This document shows positions 1-9,512 of a stretch of DNA of 64,000 bases, in pieces. This DNA comes from a virus. Taxonomy: Duplodnaviria; Caudoviricetes. Numbering within the stretch: position 1 is the stretch's first letter; every line of letters begins with the position of its first letter. Under the pieces are notes generated by a model that was given only the letters and a program-made list of their open reading frames with translations, made no database searches and was not told the origin of the DNA. The position numbers and the translations under genes are program-made. Location of the stretch: the IMG/VR virus record IMGVR_UViG_3300021426_000064, positions 96,001 to 160,000 of that record; one strand, given 5' to 3'.

Positions 1-1
1 T

Positions 2-508
2 GAATATCTGCTAGTAGAAGATGAGGTGCATTTCTTTTCCGAGATTGACGACGAAGAAAACTGTTATGTAACCATAGAGCCTTTTGTTTCGTCAAGCAAT
101 AGGCTGGTTGTAAGTCGGCCAAAGAAAATGAAGATTGAACATCTTGATATTCAGTATGATGTTTATGTGCTCCCAATTGGTATGGATGGCGAATCAGAAG
201 TTATGCTGATTGAACATAGCAAGTGGAAAACAATGGGAGCGGCAGTAAAAGTTGCCAGCATTCATGTGGAGTTTCAAGGGGAGCCGGCAGCCTACGACAT
301 TCGGTTGTTGGGCGGCGGGTTACCATCAGAATATACAGACTACGAAATGATGGATATCGGTCACGTTAAAGGCAGGCCGTATCGTGTAGGCGTAGCAGCT
401 GTAATAGAGCTCCCTAAAAAGTATCAGATTTATGACGAACGCATTAAAGAATCTGTAGACCGCTATAAAGTGGCTGCAGACCAAATGTACGTAACCTATA
501 AGGATTGA
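2..508 (+). CDS. C-terminal part of a probable virion structural protein (5'-truncated by window edge)
   Basis: Frame is open from position 2 to TGA at 508, co-directional with and immediately upstream of the structural cluster. Function inferred from context only. Confidence 0.55.
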   Translation, partial: EYLLVEDEVHFFSEIDDEENCYVTIEPFVSSSNRLVVSRPKKMKIEHLDIQYDVYVLPIGMDGESEVMLIEHSKWKTMGAAVKVASIHVEFQGEPAAYDIRLLGGGLPSEYTDYEMMDIGHVKGRPYRVGVAAVIELPKKYQIYDERIKESVDRYKVAADQMYVTYKD

Positions 509-518
509 GGCATTTTGA

Positions 519-2480
519 ATGATAGAGAACAAACTAAAAGTTATTGACTTCTCTGCAGCCCTGCGGTCAGAACCTCTGAACTACAACTTTGACATTGTTA
601 AAGGTTGGGTAGATCGGGAAAGGCTCAGGACTGGCGGATACGGGCTGGTTGAGGGTTTTGACATTTCCTATGCGGGAAATTACTTTGTGGATATCAGCGA
701 AGGTATTCTGATTGACCGTGTTGGCGAGGAAATTATCGTACCGGCTACGAGAATTCAGTTTGCTCCGCCAACATACGAGAAGATTATGGAGCGGGTACAG
801 GTTTCCGACGATGGCGAAATCCTGCTGAAGTATTGTCCATATTCTCCGAGCGCAGAGGGACTAATCTCCGTCAATGCATATCGGGCGACAAACTATAAAA
901 CAGAAGAACTGGTTATTAGCGACCCTAGTGGTACATTAGGAAACCTGAAGCCGATTAACGTAGACGGTCGGAAGGTGGGCGTAACCACAAGATCCGCAGG
1001 ACTCATTGTTGAGGTGGAGTATTTTTACTGCAATGACCGTATCGATGCGATTATGATTAATGACCAAGCGCAGTACAGCACGGAGTTTGGCATTAACGCG
1101 GAGTCGCCAAGTGTGGCGAATATTGATTTGGGGCCACGCTTTTTAATCGCTTTTGCCCATTGGATTGTTGGTGAGACGATTGATGTAGAGTTTATTGTTG
1201 ACGAAAGAACGTATCGCAAGGTTTACGTCGACAAGCTGAACAGACTCTTCTTAAATGGCAAGCTTTATCAGGAACCCAAGTTTATCTATTTTGTTGAACC
1301 GGAATTCCCTGAAGAAAACGATGTTTGGTATGACTACAAGAGCAATACACTGAATATCTGGTCGCAGAACGGTGGTGTGTGGGGCTGGAGAATTATGAAT
1401 GACTTCACTAATGTGCCATTGCGCAGCGTAAAAATGTGGACGGAGAAAGATTTCCCCAGCGATGCACAGACGTTTTTGTTTAAGGATGACGAAACGAATT
1501 TCCGATATATCCCTAACACAAACGCTCTGGAAATCATAATCGACCAGCAAACCGTAATGAAAGACCAGTTTACGGAAGTGGTGCAGGCCGGGGCGAAGCC
1601 GTACCTGTCCTCTGGTATCGGCTTCAAACTGATTGAGCCCCTGGATAGACCGACAGTCGTGCAGTGTATTGTTCATCATGTGGTGAAGAACGCGCCACTT
1701 AGAAATGTATTCCAGCGGGCGGCTATATTTACGACGGAGAATTTCTTCCCCTATAACGCGACGGCAAATCCTCAAAAGATTTTCATCACAGATTTGCCAT
1801 ATGTAATTAAGGCAACGCAGCTTGAAGTATTTCTTGAAGGTAGGCGGCTTACCCGCGACGTTGATTTTGCTGAAATGGTGACTAACGAGAAAAACGCCAC
1901 GGATGCAGATAAGGATAAGACGACAAAATATTTCCGGATCATGTGCAATATTGCGGATGGCCAGCGAATTTCATATAAGATTTCGCGTTATGTTTGGAGC
2001 TATGACCAACTTAACGAGATGATGGATGAAATTGAACAGAAGGCCGATAAGGCGCTAAAGAACACAGCAGCCTTAAACGATAAAGTCGATACGATGTCAA
2101 GTAACATTGGCACGGTATTAGATTCGCTTAAGGGGCGCTTGCAGCAAGCAGAAGAAAAGCTTGATACATTGAAGGATTATCGGAAGACTGCAGAAAAGAT
2201 CAAGCTTGCAGATTTGGATAGCGATCTGCGTAAGAGTCTCGTAAAATCGCGCGCGCAGCTTGTATTCAATGCTTCTAACGTTGACAACATTATAAATGAT
2301 TGCAAGAAGGAAGACTACGTAAGTATAGTCTGTGTCAATAGCGAAGGAATAACACCTCTTAACGAGGACTCTGAATACAGCCTTACTTACAACAACGGTA
2401 AGGCCACAATAGAACTGGAGTCTGAATGGATGTCTCCAGACAATACTTTGTATGTAAACATCATCCGTATAGGGCGATGA
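519..2480 (+). CDS. Probable virion structural protein, 653 aa, with C-terminal coiled coil
   Basis: Long ORF with GAGG SD. Contains a PE..ENDVWYD fibre-type motif, LEVFLEGRRL...DF beta repeats and a heptad region near aa 500-550. Confidence 0.6.
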   Translation: MIENKLKVIDFSAALRSEPLNYNFDIVKGWVDRERLRTGGYGLVEGFDISYAGNYFVDISEGILIDRVGEEIIVPATRIQFAPPTYEKIMERVQVSDDGEILLKYCPYSPSAEGLISVNAYRATNYKTEELVISDPSGTLGNLKPINVDGRKVGVTTRSAGLIVEVEYFYCNDRIDAIMINDQAQYSTEFGINAESPSVANIDLGPRFLIAFAHWIVGETIDVEFIVDERTYRKVYVDKLNRLFLNGKLYQEPKFIYFVEPEFPEENDVWYDYKSNTLNIWSQNGGVWGWRIMNDFTNVPLRSVKMWTEKDFPSDAQTFLFKDDETNFRYIPNTNALEIIIDQQTVMKDQFTEVVQAGAKPYLSSGIGFKLIEPLDRPTVVQCIVHHVVKNAPLRNVFQRAAIFTTENFFPYNATANPQKIFITDLPYVIKATQLEVFLEGRRLTRDVDFAEMVTNEKNATDADKDKTTKYFRIMCNIADGQRISYKISRYVWSYDQLNEMMDEIEQKADKALKNTAALNDKVDTMSSNIGTVLDSLKGRLQQAEEKLDTLKDYRKTAEKIKLADLDSDLRKSLVKSRAQLVFNASNVDNIINDCKKEDYVSIVCVNSEGITPLNEDSEYSLTYNNGKATIELESEWMSPDNTLYVNIIRIGR

Positions 2481-2506
2481 CTGGTTTAGAGGGGTAATAT
2501 TGGAAT

Positions 2507-2956
2507 ATGAAAAAACCTTCAATAACATGGTTTGTGCGGCGAGACCCAGAAGATAGTTATGAGGAAACAAGTGACTTCTATGCAGGGTCGTACAACCAGG
2601 AAGATAGCCTGGAAATAGAGTTCATGGTTTGGAATAACCGATACGGTACAGAAAGAGTGTCTGACCTTAAAGACTTCGGCGTGACTGTTTCGTTTGATCA
2701 CGAGGAAGACAGCACTCTGTTGAAATATTGTCAATTTTTATTAAATGGCGGATACTATCTTATCCCGGAAGTAAATGGCAATGAAGCGACGGTTCAGTTC
2801 CCGAAGGATATAGTGCTTAGTGGCGCTGTTAACAATGGGGAATTGGGTAGCACAGATAACTACCTGACGCTTAAGATGATATTAACCGTGCCGGCCAGCA
2901 AAAAGCTGAAAATGAATGATATTAAAGGCATGACGTTTAATGTAACAAACTTATAA
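2507..2956 (+). CDS. Hypothetical protein (structural cluster)
   Basis: 149 aa ORF, GAGGGG SD, tight packing with neighbours. Confidence 0.6.
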   Translation: MKKPSITWFVRRDPEDSYEETSDFYAGSYNQEDSLEIEFMVWNNRYGTERVSDLKDFGVTVSFDHEEDSTLLKYCQFLLNGGYYLIPEVNGNEATVQFPKDIVLSGAVNNGELGSTDNYLTLKMILTVPASKKLKMNDIKGMTFNVTNL

Positions 2957-2961
2957 AGGGG

Positions 2962-5904
2962 ATGCAGTTTTTGAGTAAAACTACAATTGGTTTTAGTGAT
3001 AATAAACAGAATATCGGCGGTGTCAGTATCATCGACAAATACATAGCTGACAAAAAGCTGACGGATTTGGATTTGCGCTTGGCGGCAGAAGGTATGCCCA
3101 AGACACTTAATCAGAAAACATTGGCATATGATCCCGCAAGCGGCCAGATTTATATCGGCGATAGCGCAGGCAAACCGATTACGGTTTCGAACATCAAAGT
3201 TATTGTGTCCATGGATGAACTGCCTGCAACCGGCGTTGACAATGTTTTGTATGTTGGCCTCAATGAGAAAGCATTTGCGGTTTGGGACAGCAGCAACAAC
3301 GCCTGGGTTAAAATGGCTTCGGATGGCTCCGGCAGTGCTGTATTGGATAAATCGGTAGAAGTATATCCGACAAAAGCAAATTTCCCGCTCGAAGGTAAGA
3401 AAGATAAATTATATATCACAAACGATGCGAAATGTTACTTCTTTGCCGACGGTGAATACAAGCCCATGTTTGAGGGTAAGGCAGACACCTATACAAAAGC
3501 AGAGGCAGATGCTAAGTTTATTCAGGCTGCAGTTTTGGATAAAAAGGCAAATGCTGCTGACGTATACAGTAAAGCAGATGTGGACAGCTTGCTTGAAAGT
3601 GTACAAGGCGTAAAGGGTGACCGCGGTGAACAGGGCCTGCAGGGTGAACCCGGTAAGGACGGCGCTCCTGGTAAAGATGGTAAGGATGGCGTAGACGGCA
3701 AGAATGGCAAATCGGCCTATGATATTGCGGTTGAAAATGGGTTCGGTGGCAACCAGACTGCATGGCTGCAGTCATTAAAAGGCGAGACTGGCGATAAAGG
3801 CGAAACCGGTGTACAGGGGCCCCAGGGCGAAAAAGGTGACACCGGCGCGCAAGGCCCGAAAGGCGATACGGGTGCTCAAGGACCTAAAGGTGATAAGGGC
3901 GATACCGGAGCACAAGGACCTCAGGGCGAACAGGGTAAACAAGGTTTGCCAGGTGTTGACGGTGTAGATGGTAAAGATGGCAAAGACGGAGCAGAAGGAA
4001 AATCTGCTTACGAAATTGCTGTGAAAAATGGTTTCGATGGTACTGAACAGGAATGGTTAGACTCCCTTAAAGGTGTAGACGGTGTTCAAGGCCCGAAAGG
4101 TGAGCAAGGTATTCAGGGTGTTCAAGGCGAACAGGGTGCTCAGGGTATTCAGGGTGAAATTGGTCCGCAGGGTCCGCAAGGTGAAGTTGGCCCGCAGGGT
4201 GAGAAAGGCGCTGATGGTAAATCAGCTTACGAGATTGCTGTAGCAAACGGCTTCGTTGGTTCCGAATCAGACTGGCTGGCGTCCCTCAAAGGTGAAAGTC
4301 TTAATCCTGAAAGCTATTACAGCAAAGCCGAGGTTGACCAGAAAATTGCTGACGCTGCTGCAGGCGAAGAAGTAGACCTTAGCGGATATGCAAAGGCGGA
4401 TGCCCTGAATGATAAAGCTGACAAAAACGATGTTTATAGTGTTGCCGCCGCTGATGCTAAGTTTGCCACGATAAAAACGGTTGAAGAAAAACTTGCAGAA
4501 GTATCCACCATTAAAGGCGATAAGGGCGACCAGGGCGAAGTTGGTCCTCAAGGGCCGCAGGGTGAACAGGGCATCCAAGGTATTCAGGGTGAGCAAGGTG
4601 TTCAAGGGCCGCAGGGCGAAGCAGGCAAAGACGGTAAAGACGGTGCAAGCGGAAAAAGCGCTTACGAGATTGCCGTAGCTAATGGTTTTGTTGGTGGAGA
4701 AGAAGCTTGGCTTGAATCGCTCAAGGGCGAAAAAGGTGTCGACGGTAAAGACGGTAAAGATGGCGAACAAGGCCCGCAAGGTGAAGCTGGTGAACAAGGA
4801 CCGAAAGGTGATCCTGGACAGGATGGTCGTGATGGCGTAGACGGTAAGGACGGCCAGAACGGCAAAGATGGTAAAGACGGTAAGAGTGCCTACGAGATTG
4901 CTCAGGAAAATGGCTTTACAGGCACGGAAGCGGAATGGGTAGAATCCCTTAAAGGCGCAGACGCAGAGCCTGTAGATACCTCTAAATTTGCTCAGAAGTC
5001 TGATTTAGAAGGACTCGCAAAAGCCGAAGATATTCCCGACGTAAGCAACCTCGCTACTAAAGATGACATTCCTGACGTAAGCGTATTGGCTAAAAAGAGT
5101 GACATCCCCGATGTGTCTAACTTGGCTACTAAAGACGATATTCCTGACCTCACGGGCTATGCCAAGACCGAGGATATCCCTAAGCAGAAAACTCTGGCAG
5201 AACTCGGCGGCGTAACGCAGGCAGGCGTTGAGTCCATTATTCAGGCGAAAGATTTTACTTCTACTGATGTAGTACGTCAGATGATTGCCGATGCTATAGC
5301 AAAAGCTTTAAAAGATAATGAAAATAGCGGCGGCAGCGCTACTCCTTCTGACCCCACTCCAGCAGATCCCACTCCGACTACTCCAGATACACCGGCTGAA
5401 GAACCGAGCGATAGTGATTGGAAGTGGACGAAATATCTCGTAATGCCGGCTGGAACTACGGACATTACTGAAGACATGGATACCTTCTTCGGCGAGAAAT
5501 TTAACCACCCGGATGAATTCGTTGGCGCCGACATGGATATGAAAAATACCACAACTGAATTCCGCTTTATCGGAACCTTACGTTCTCGTCAGTCTGACAA
5601 GCCCGCTTATTTAGTTGACAGTATTGATCAGGCTCCTGCAATTGGTGTAGATTACAGCAAGAAGTTTAAAGACGGCATGAGAGTTCCTATCGATGGATTC
5701 GAAGACGAAGGAAAAGCCGCATTTGATGAAGCCCTCAAAGAAGAAAACATCATTACGACAGGTATCATGCAGTATGACGGAGAAGCGGTTTTGAACCTCA
5801 GCTACACCAGCGTTGCTTGTGACCAGTTGTATATGGTTCGTAAGATTAAAGACGGCAAGGTTATTCCTGAATTCTCGTTAGGAGAAAGAATTGACGGGAA
5901 ATAA
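2962..5904 (+). CDS. Collagen-like tail fibre/appendage protein
   Basis: Multiple Gly-X-Y runs interrupted by five GKSAY(D/E)IA..NGF.G....W..SLKG modules, DIPDVS repeats, and a Pro/Thr linker before the C-terminal domain. Confidence 0.85.
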   Translation: MQFLSKTTIGFSDNKQNIGGVSIIDKYIADKKLTDLDLRLAAEGMPKTLNQKTLAYDPASGQIYIGDSAGKPITVSNIKVIVSMDELPATGVDNVLYVGLNEKAFAVWDSSNNAWVKMASDGSGSAVLDKSVEVYPTKANFPLEGKKDKLYITNDAKCYFFADGEYKPMFEGKADTYTKAEADAKFIQAAVLDKKANAADVYSKADVDSLLESVQGVKGDRGEQGLQGEPGKDGAPGKDGKDGVDGKNGKSAYDIAVENGFGGNQTAWLQSLKGETGDKGETGVQGPQGEKGDTGAQGPKGDTGAQGPKGDKGDTGAQGPQGEQGKQGLPGVDGVDGKDGKDGAEGKSAYEIAVKNGFDGTEQEWLDSLKGVDGVQGPKGEQGIQGVQGEQGAQGIQGEIGPQGPQGEVGPQGEKGADGKSAYEIAVANGFVGSESDWLASLKGESLNPESYYSKAEVDQKIADAAAGEEVDLSGYAKADALNDKADKNDVYSVAAADAKFATIKTVEEKLAEVSTIKGDKGDQGEVGPQGPQGEQGIQGIQGEQGVQGPQGEAGKDGKDGASGKSAYEIAVANGFVGGEEAWLESLKGEKGVDGKDGKDGEQGPQGEAGEQGPKGDPGQDGRDGVDGKDGQNGKDGKDGKSAYEIAQENGFTGTEAEWVESLKGADAEPVDTSKFAQKSDLEGLAKAEDIPDVSNLATKDDIPDVSVLAKKSDIPDVSNLATKDDIPDLTGYAKTEDIPKQKTLAELGGVTQAGVESIIQAKDFTSTDVVRQMIADAIAKALKDNENSGGSATPSDPTPADPTPTTPDTPAEEPSDSDWKWTKYLVMPAGTTDITEDMDTFFGEKFNHPDEFVGADMDMKNTTTEFRFIGTLRSRQSDKPAYLVDSIDQAPAIGVDYSKKFKDGMRVPIDGFEDEGKAAFDEALKEENIITTGIMQYDGEAVLNLSYTSVACDQLYMVRKIKDGKVIPEFSLGERIDGK

Positions 5905-5926
5905 TTAGAAAGGAGTTCATTTACTG

Positions 5927-6529
5927 ATGTATTCTCAAAATGACGAACCAACAAAAAGTTTTAATGAACTTCAGTCCGACATTCTAGGCGAAAAAATCAC
6001 CAACAATCCGTTGATGAAGGCCAGTAAAATGGTCGCCAAAAACAAAGCGTTAAACACTAAACAAAAAACAGTGATTAACGCAATCAACGAATTGCTTACA
6101 AATTTAGGAGGCTCACAAGCGCAGACCGAAAAAAGTTTAGCGCAAATGTATGATGTACTCGGCGATTTCGCTCAAAAACCCGAGTTAACTAATGAGCTTA
6201 CATCTCGCGGCGTAGAAACGGTTTTGGCCCTCGCCGCCAAAGCTTACGATGATGTGCAGGTTGTTAAGAATTTAGCTCAGGATGACTACGAAGATGTATT
6301 CCATATAGCTGAGGGACAAACTCAATCCGAGTTTGTCCTGACGCATAAGCCTATCGGGAAAATCCGTATGTATATAGATGGTATCCGGTACTTCCATGAA
6401 TGCATTGAGTATAGTCCTGATACAAATACGGTCAAGTGGGTTAATGACTCCTCTAAAGAAGAGGGGTTTGACATCACCGATGCTGATGTAGTTATTGAAT
6501 ACGATTACAGCGCGAGCGAAGAAGCCTAG
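5927..6529 (+). CDS. Virion appendage-associated protein (paralog of 61786..62322)
   Basis: AAAGGAG SD. Shares K.V..AINELL and F.L...PI....YI.G..Y....Y...TNTV.WVN with the 61786 protein. Confidence 0.7.
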   Translation: MYSQNDEPTKSFNELQSDILGEKITNNPLMKASKMVAKNKALNTKQKTVINAINELLTNLGGSQAQTEKSLAQMYDVLGDFAQKPELTNELTSRGVETVLALAAKAYDDVQVVKNLAQDDYEDVFHIAEGQTQSEFVLTHKPIGKIRMYIDGIRYFHECIEYSPDTNTVKWVNDSSKEEGFDITDADVVIEYDYSASEEA

Positions 6530-6538
6530 CAACTCGCG

Positions 6539-6826
6539 TTATTTAAAACTCGGAGGTTCGACACGACAAGGTTGGTGTACAACACCAATAAGTCACTGTT
6601 TTAGACCTCCGAGTTTTTTATATTATTTAAAGCTCGGAGGTTTGCAGTATTTGACCTCTGGTGTGAAAAGGCCTACAGAAATGTGGCGTATTGTCACAAC
6701 TACCTTGAGCTACGGCCGCACAATACGCTTTCTTCTATGGATTATCAAGAGTAGCGGGCGGCTATAGTTGGCATATCGTTATGGAAAACTCGGAGGTTCA
6801 GAAAAACTACCTCCGAGTTTTTTATA
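6539..6826. repeat. Three inverted-repeat units with shared stem AAAACTCGGAGGT...ACCTCCGAGTTTT
   Basis: Left arms at 6545, about 6630 and 6785. Right arms at 6605, about 6702 (degenerate) and 6809. Intergenic. Confidence 0.85.
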
Positions 6827-6890
6827 ATATCCGCCCCAAAGATAGTAATATTCGAGAAGATAATCTAACGTAGAAGCAAAGAAAGGATGG

Positions 6891-9461
6891 GTGGGCGCAT
6901 TGGCCACTACTACCCGCGGCATACGCAAGGTAAGCGAAAATATACTCAGTCATGGTAGAGCGATTATCGTAACTGAGAAAGATAAAAACAAGTACAAGTG
7001 GAGCGAAATCCCGGTAGGCTCCAAGTTCATAGATTCTGTTACCGGCATTGAAATGGTTAAGCTGGAGGGGGAAAGTGACTGGGTCCCCAAAGGCGTCAAA
7101 AACGACGGCACAATCAATGTTGTGAAAGATAGCCGTGTTAGTATCGAGACGTTTGTTATTAAACAGCTGGAAGTGCCAGGTACGAAACGGGAATTTACTT
7201 ATTATTATGACAGTCAAAAAGATGACGCACATGTTCGTCACGGTATCATCCTGTATAAGAACGCCATGGGGATGTGTGGTGAATATGGCCAGTACGGCAC
7301 GTATCCGACATGGACAGAATGTAAAAGATATTTAATTCTGGACAATAATGCGCCGGAGAACCAGTACAAAAACACACAAAGAGTAGGTTATGTGTTTAGC
7401 CTGGAGCGGGGTGATTACGCTATGTATCGCAACCACCTCAAGATCTCCATCGATGATGTGTTACATCGCACCGTTAAGTCTGGCGGCGTAAAAGAAGTTA
7501 GTGAAACCCGCTTCTGTCTTACAGAAGACCTGCTGGAAAATGGTATGGAGGTTACGGCGGAGTATATCCATGCTTTTAGATTAGGCAATCCATACCCGCG
7601 CACATTTATAAACCCGAACGAGCCGGACAAAACCGCTGCAGAAGTGGGCGATTTTTGGCTGGATACGGACGGTACGCTGGCCGACGATGACCCGCTGGGC
7701 GATTATATCGAAGATGACGGAATGATTGATTGGGCGCGCATTAGACCTAAGACCCGTCCAAAGTCTTTAGCTGGTTATGGCATCGAAGATAAAGTATCTT
7801 ATGTAGGGCATACTCATGTTCCCAAAGATGTCCTGGGCATTGAAAAAGTTAAAGTTGATAATGCTAGACATGCTGATACAGCCGACGTGGCTACGAATGC
7901 TGGTTATGCTACCAATGCCGGACATGCTTCTAGTGCAGATAAAGCTACTGACGCTACGAAAGCCGCAAATGCAGACAAGGCCGCGCTTGCTACAAGAGCT
8001 TTGAGCGCGGATAATGCTACTGAAGCAAAACACGCTGCTTCTGCTACCAAGGCCAATAGCGCAGACAACGCTTCGGAAGCTAACCATGCCGTTTCAGCTA
8101 ATAAGGCAAAAAATGCGGAAAATGCGGATGAGGCTAAGCATGCAGCTACAGCTTCTAAGGCTGATTTGGCCACTAAGGCTACAAACGCGGATAATGCTTC
8201 TGAAGCTAACCATGCTGCCACAGCTTCTAAGGCTGATAATGCTACGAAGGCTTCTAAGGCTGATAATGCTACATATGCCGACAAAGCGGGCAGAGCTGAT
8301 AAAGCTACCAATGCAGACAACGCAACTTACGCTGAAAATGCCAATAATGCTAAAGAAGCTACCCATGCGGCTACAGCTACTAAGGCAGATAGCGCGACAA
8401 AAGCAACTTCGGCAGATAGTGCTACGCGCGCTACCAATGCCGACAAAGCGGCAAACGCTGAAAATGCGAATGAAGCTAAACATGCTCTAAATGCCGATAA
8501 CGCCAAAGAAGCAAAACATGCCGCAACAGCAACTACGGCCGATAGTGCTGCCAAGGCGACCACAGCAAACACCGCTACAAAAGCAAATAGCGCTACAACG
8601 GCTGATATAGCAACTAGGGCATACAATGCCGACAACGCAAAAGAAGCTACCCATGCCGCTTCTGCAACTAAAGCCGACAACGCTACAAAAGCTACTAGCG
8701 CGGATAACGCTTCTTACGCGACTAAAGCAGGTACTGCAGATAGCGCAGCCAGAGCGACCAATGCCGACAATGCTGGAAGAGCCACGAATGATGGAAACGG
8801 AAATAATATTGCCAGCACATATGCGACTAAAAACGATTTAAATGCTACCAATAATCGCCTTAATGGGAAAGAGTTCGTTAAAAACGGAACTACTTCTAAA
8901 GCTATCTCCTTTAAATATGAAACAGAAAACGGTAAGAACGTCGTAGCTCCTTATGTAGATGGAGTAAAAATTCCTATATCTACTGCTGGAATACTGCATA
9001 AAGCACCTTTTTCATTTACTCCATTGATAGACTGGGCAACCATGGAAGCAAAAAGAAATGGCGGCGAGAAAGTAAAAAATATTGTCAATAATGGACATGG
9101 AGTTACAGCATACGGAGGGGACACTTCTTTTTCGTATCAGAAATCTGGCGGAGATGGCACTTATGGAGATATATTCCTAAAACAAAGTTATAAAAATTTT
9201 GATGTTATACTTATACATGGATGCAATGATGAGGGAAGCTATAATTGGTTTTCTGCGTGGGAAACGTGGCATTTACAGTATGCTTTTGAGCACTGCCAAA
9301 GGTTTGGCATAAACAAAGACGACACGTATAATGATCATTATTGGCAAGTTTTTGGATCTGTAAAGCATGGCACAAATAATTATACTCTTTCAACTGATAC
9401 ATTCTGGAGTTGCTATGATCAGAATTGCGGTATCATCGAAATATATGGATTAAAATTTTAA
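6891..9461 (+). CDS. Tail fibre-like protein with long Ala-X-X repeat stalk
   Basis: GTG start after AAAGGA. HTH(V) motif, about 300 aa of A-x-x repeats (ADNATEAKHA), ATNDGNGNNIASTYATK motif, aromatic-rich C-terminal head. Confidence 0.8.
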   Translation: MGALATTTRGIRKVSENILSHGRAIIVTEKDKNKYKWSEIPVGSKFIDSVTGIEMVKLEGESDWVPKGVKNDGTINVVKDSRVSIETFVIKQLEVPGTKREFTYYYDSQKDDAHVRHGIILYKNAMGMCGEYGQYGTYPTWTECKRYLILDNNAPENQYKNTQRVGYVFSLERGDYAMYRNHLKISIDDVLHRTVKSGGVKEVSETRFCLTEDLLENGMEVTAEYIHAFRLGNPYPRTFINPNEPDKTAAEVGDFWLDTDGTLADDDPLGDYIEDDGMIDWARIRPKTRPKSLAGYGIEDKVSYVGHTHVPKDVLGIEKVKVDNARHADTADVATNAGYATNAGHASSADKATDATKAANADKAALATRALSADNATEAKHAASATKANSADNASEANHAVSANKAKNAENADEAKHAATASKADLATKATNADNASEANHAATASKADNATKASKADNATYADKAGRADKATNADNATYAENANNAKEATHAATATKADSATKATSADSATRATNADKAANAENANEAKHALNADNAKEAKHAATATTADSAAKATTANTATKANSATTADIATRAYNADNAKEATHAASATKADNATKATSADNASYATKAGTADSAARATNADNAGRATNDGNGNNIASTYATKNDLNATNNRLNGKEFVKNGTTSKAISFKYETENGKNVVAPYVDGVKIPISTAGILHKAPFSFTPLIDWATMEAKRNGGEKVKNIVNNGHGVTAYGGDTSFSYQKSGGDGTYGDIFLKQSYKNFDVILIHGCNDEGSYNWFSAWETWHLQYAFEHCQRFGINKDDTYNDHYWQVFGSVKHGTNNYTLSTDTFWSCYDQNCGIIEIYGLKF

Positions 9462-9512
9462 TGTTTTTGTTTCCGATAATAATTAAATATGACAAGAAAG
9501 GTGTAATAAATT

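Noticed and set aside
6539-6826. CRISPR mini-array or tRNA (GGAGGTTCGA resembles a T-arm)
   Set aside because: The repeats come as inverted pairs with irregular spacing (84 and 156 nt). There is no complementary T-stem or cloverleaf and no cas genes.
7767-8841. Multiple overlapping and antisense ORFs in the ORF track (also at 3.5-4.9 kb, 11.8-12.7 kb, 60.4-61.2 kb)
   Set aside because: These are shadow frames of low-complexity repeat-coding genes and lack SD sequences.
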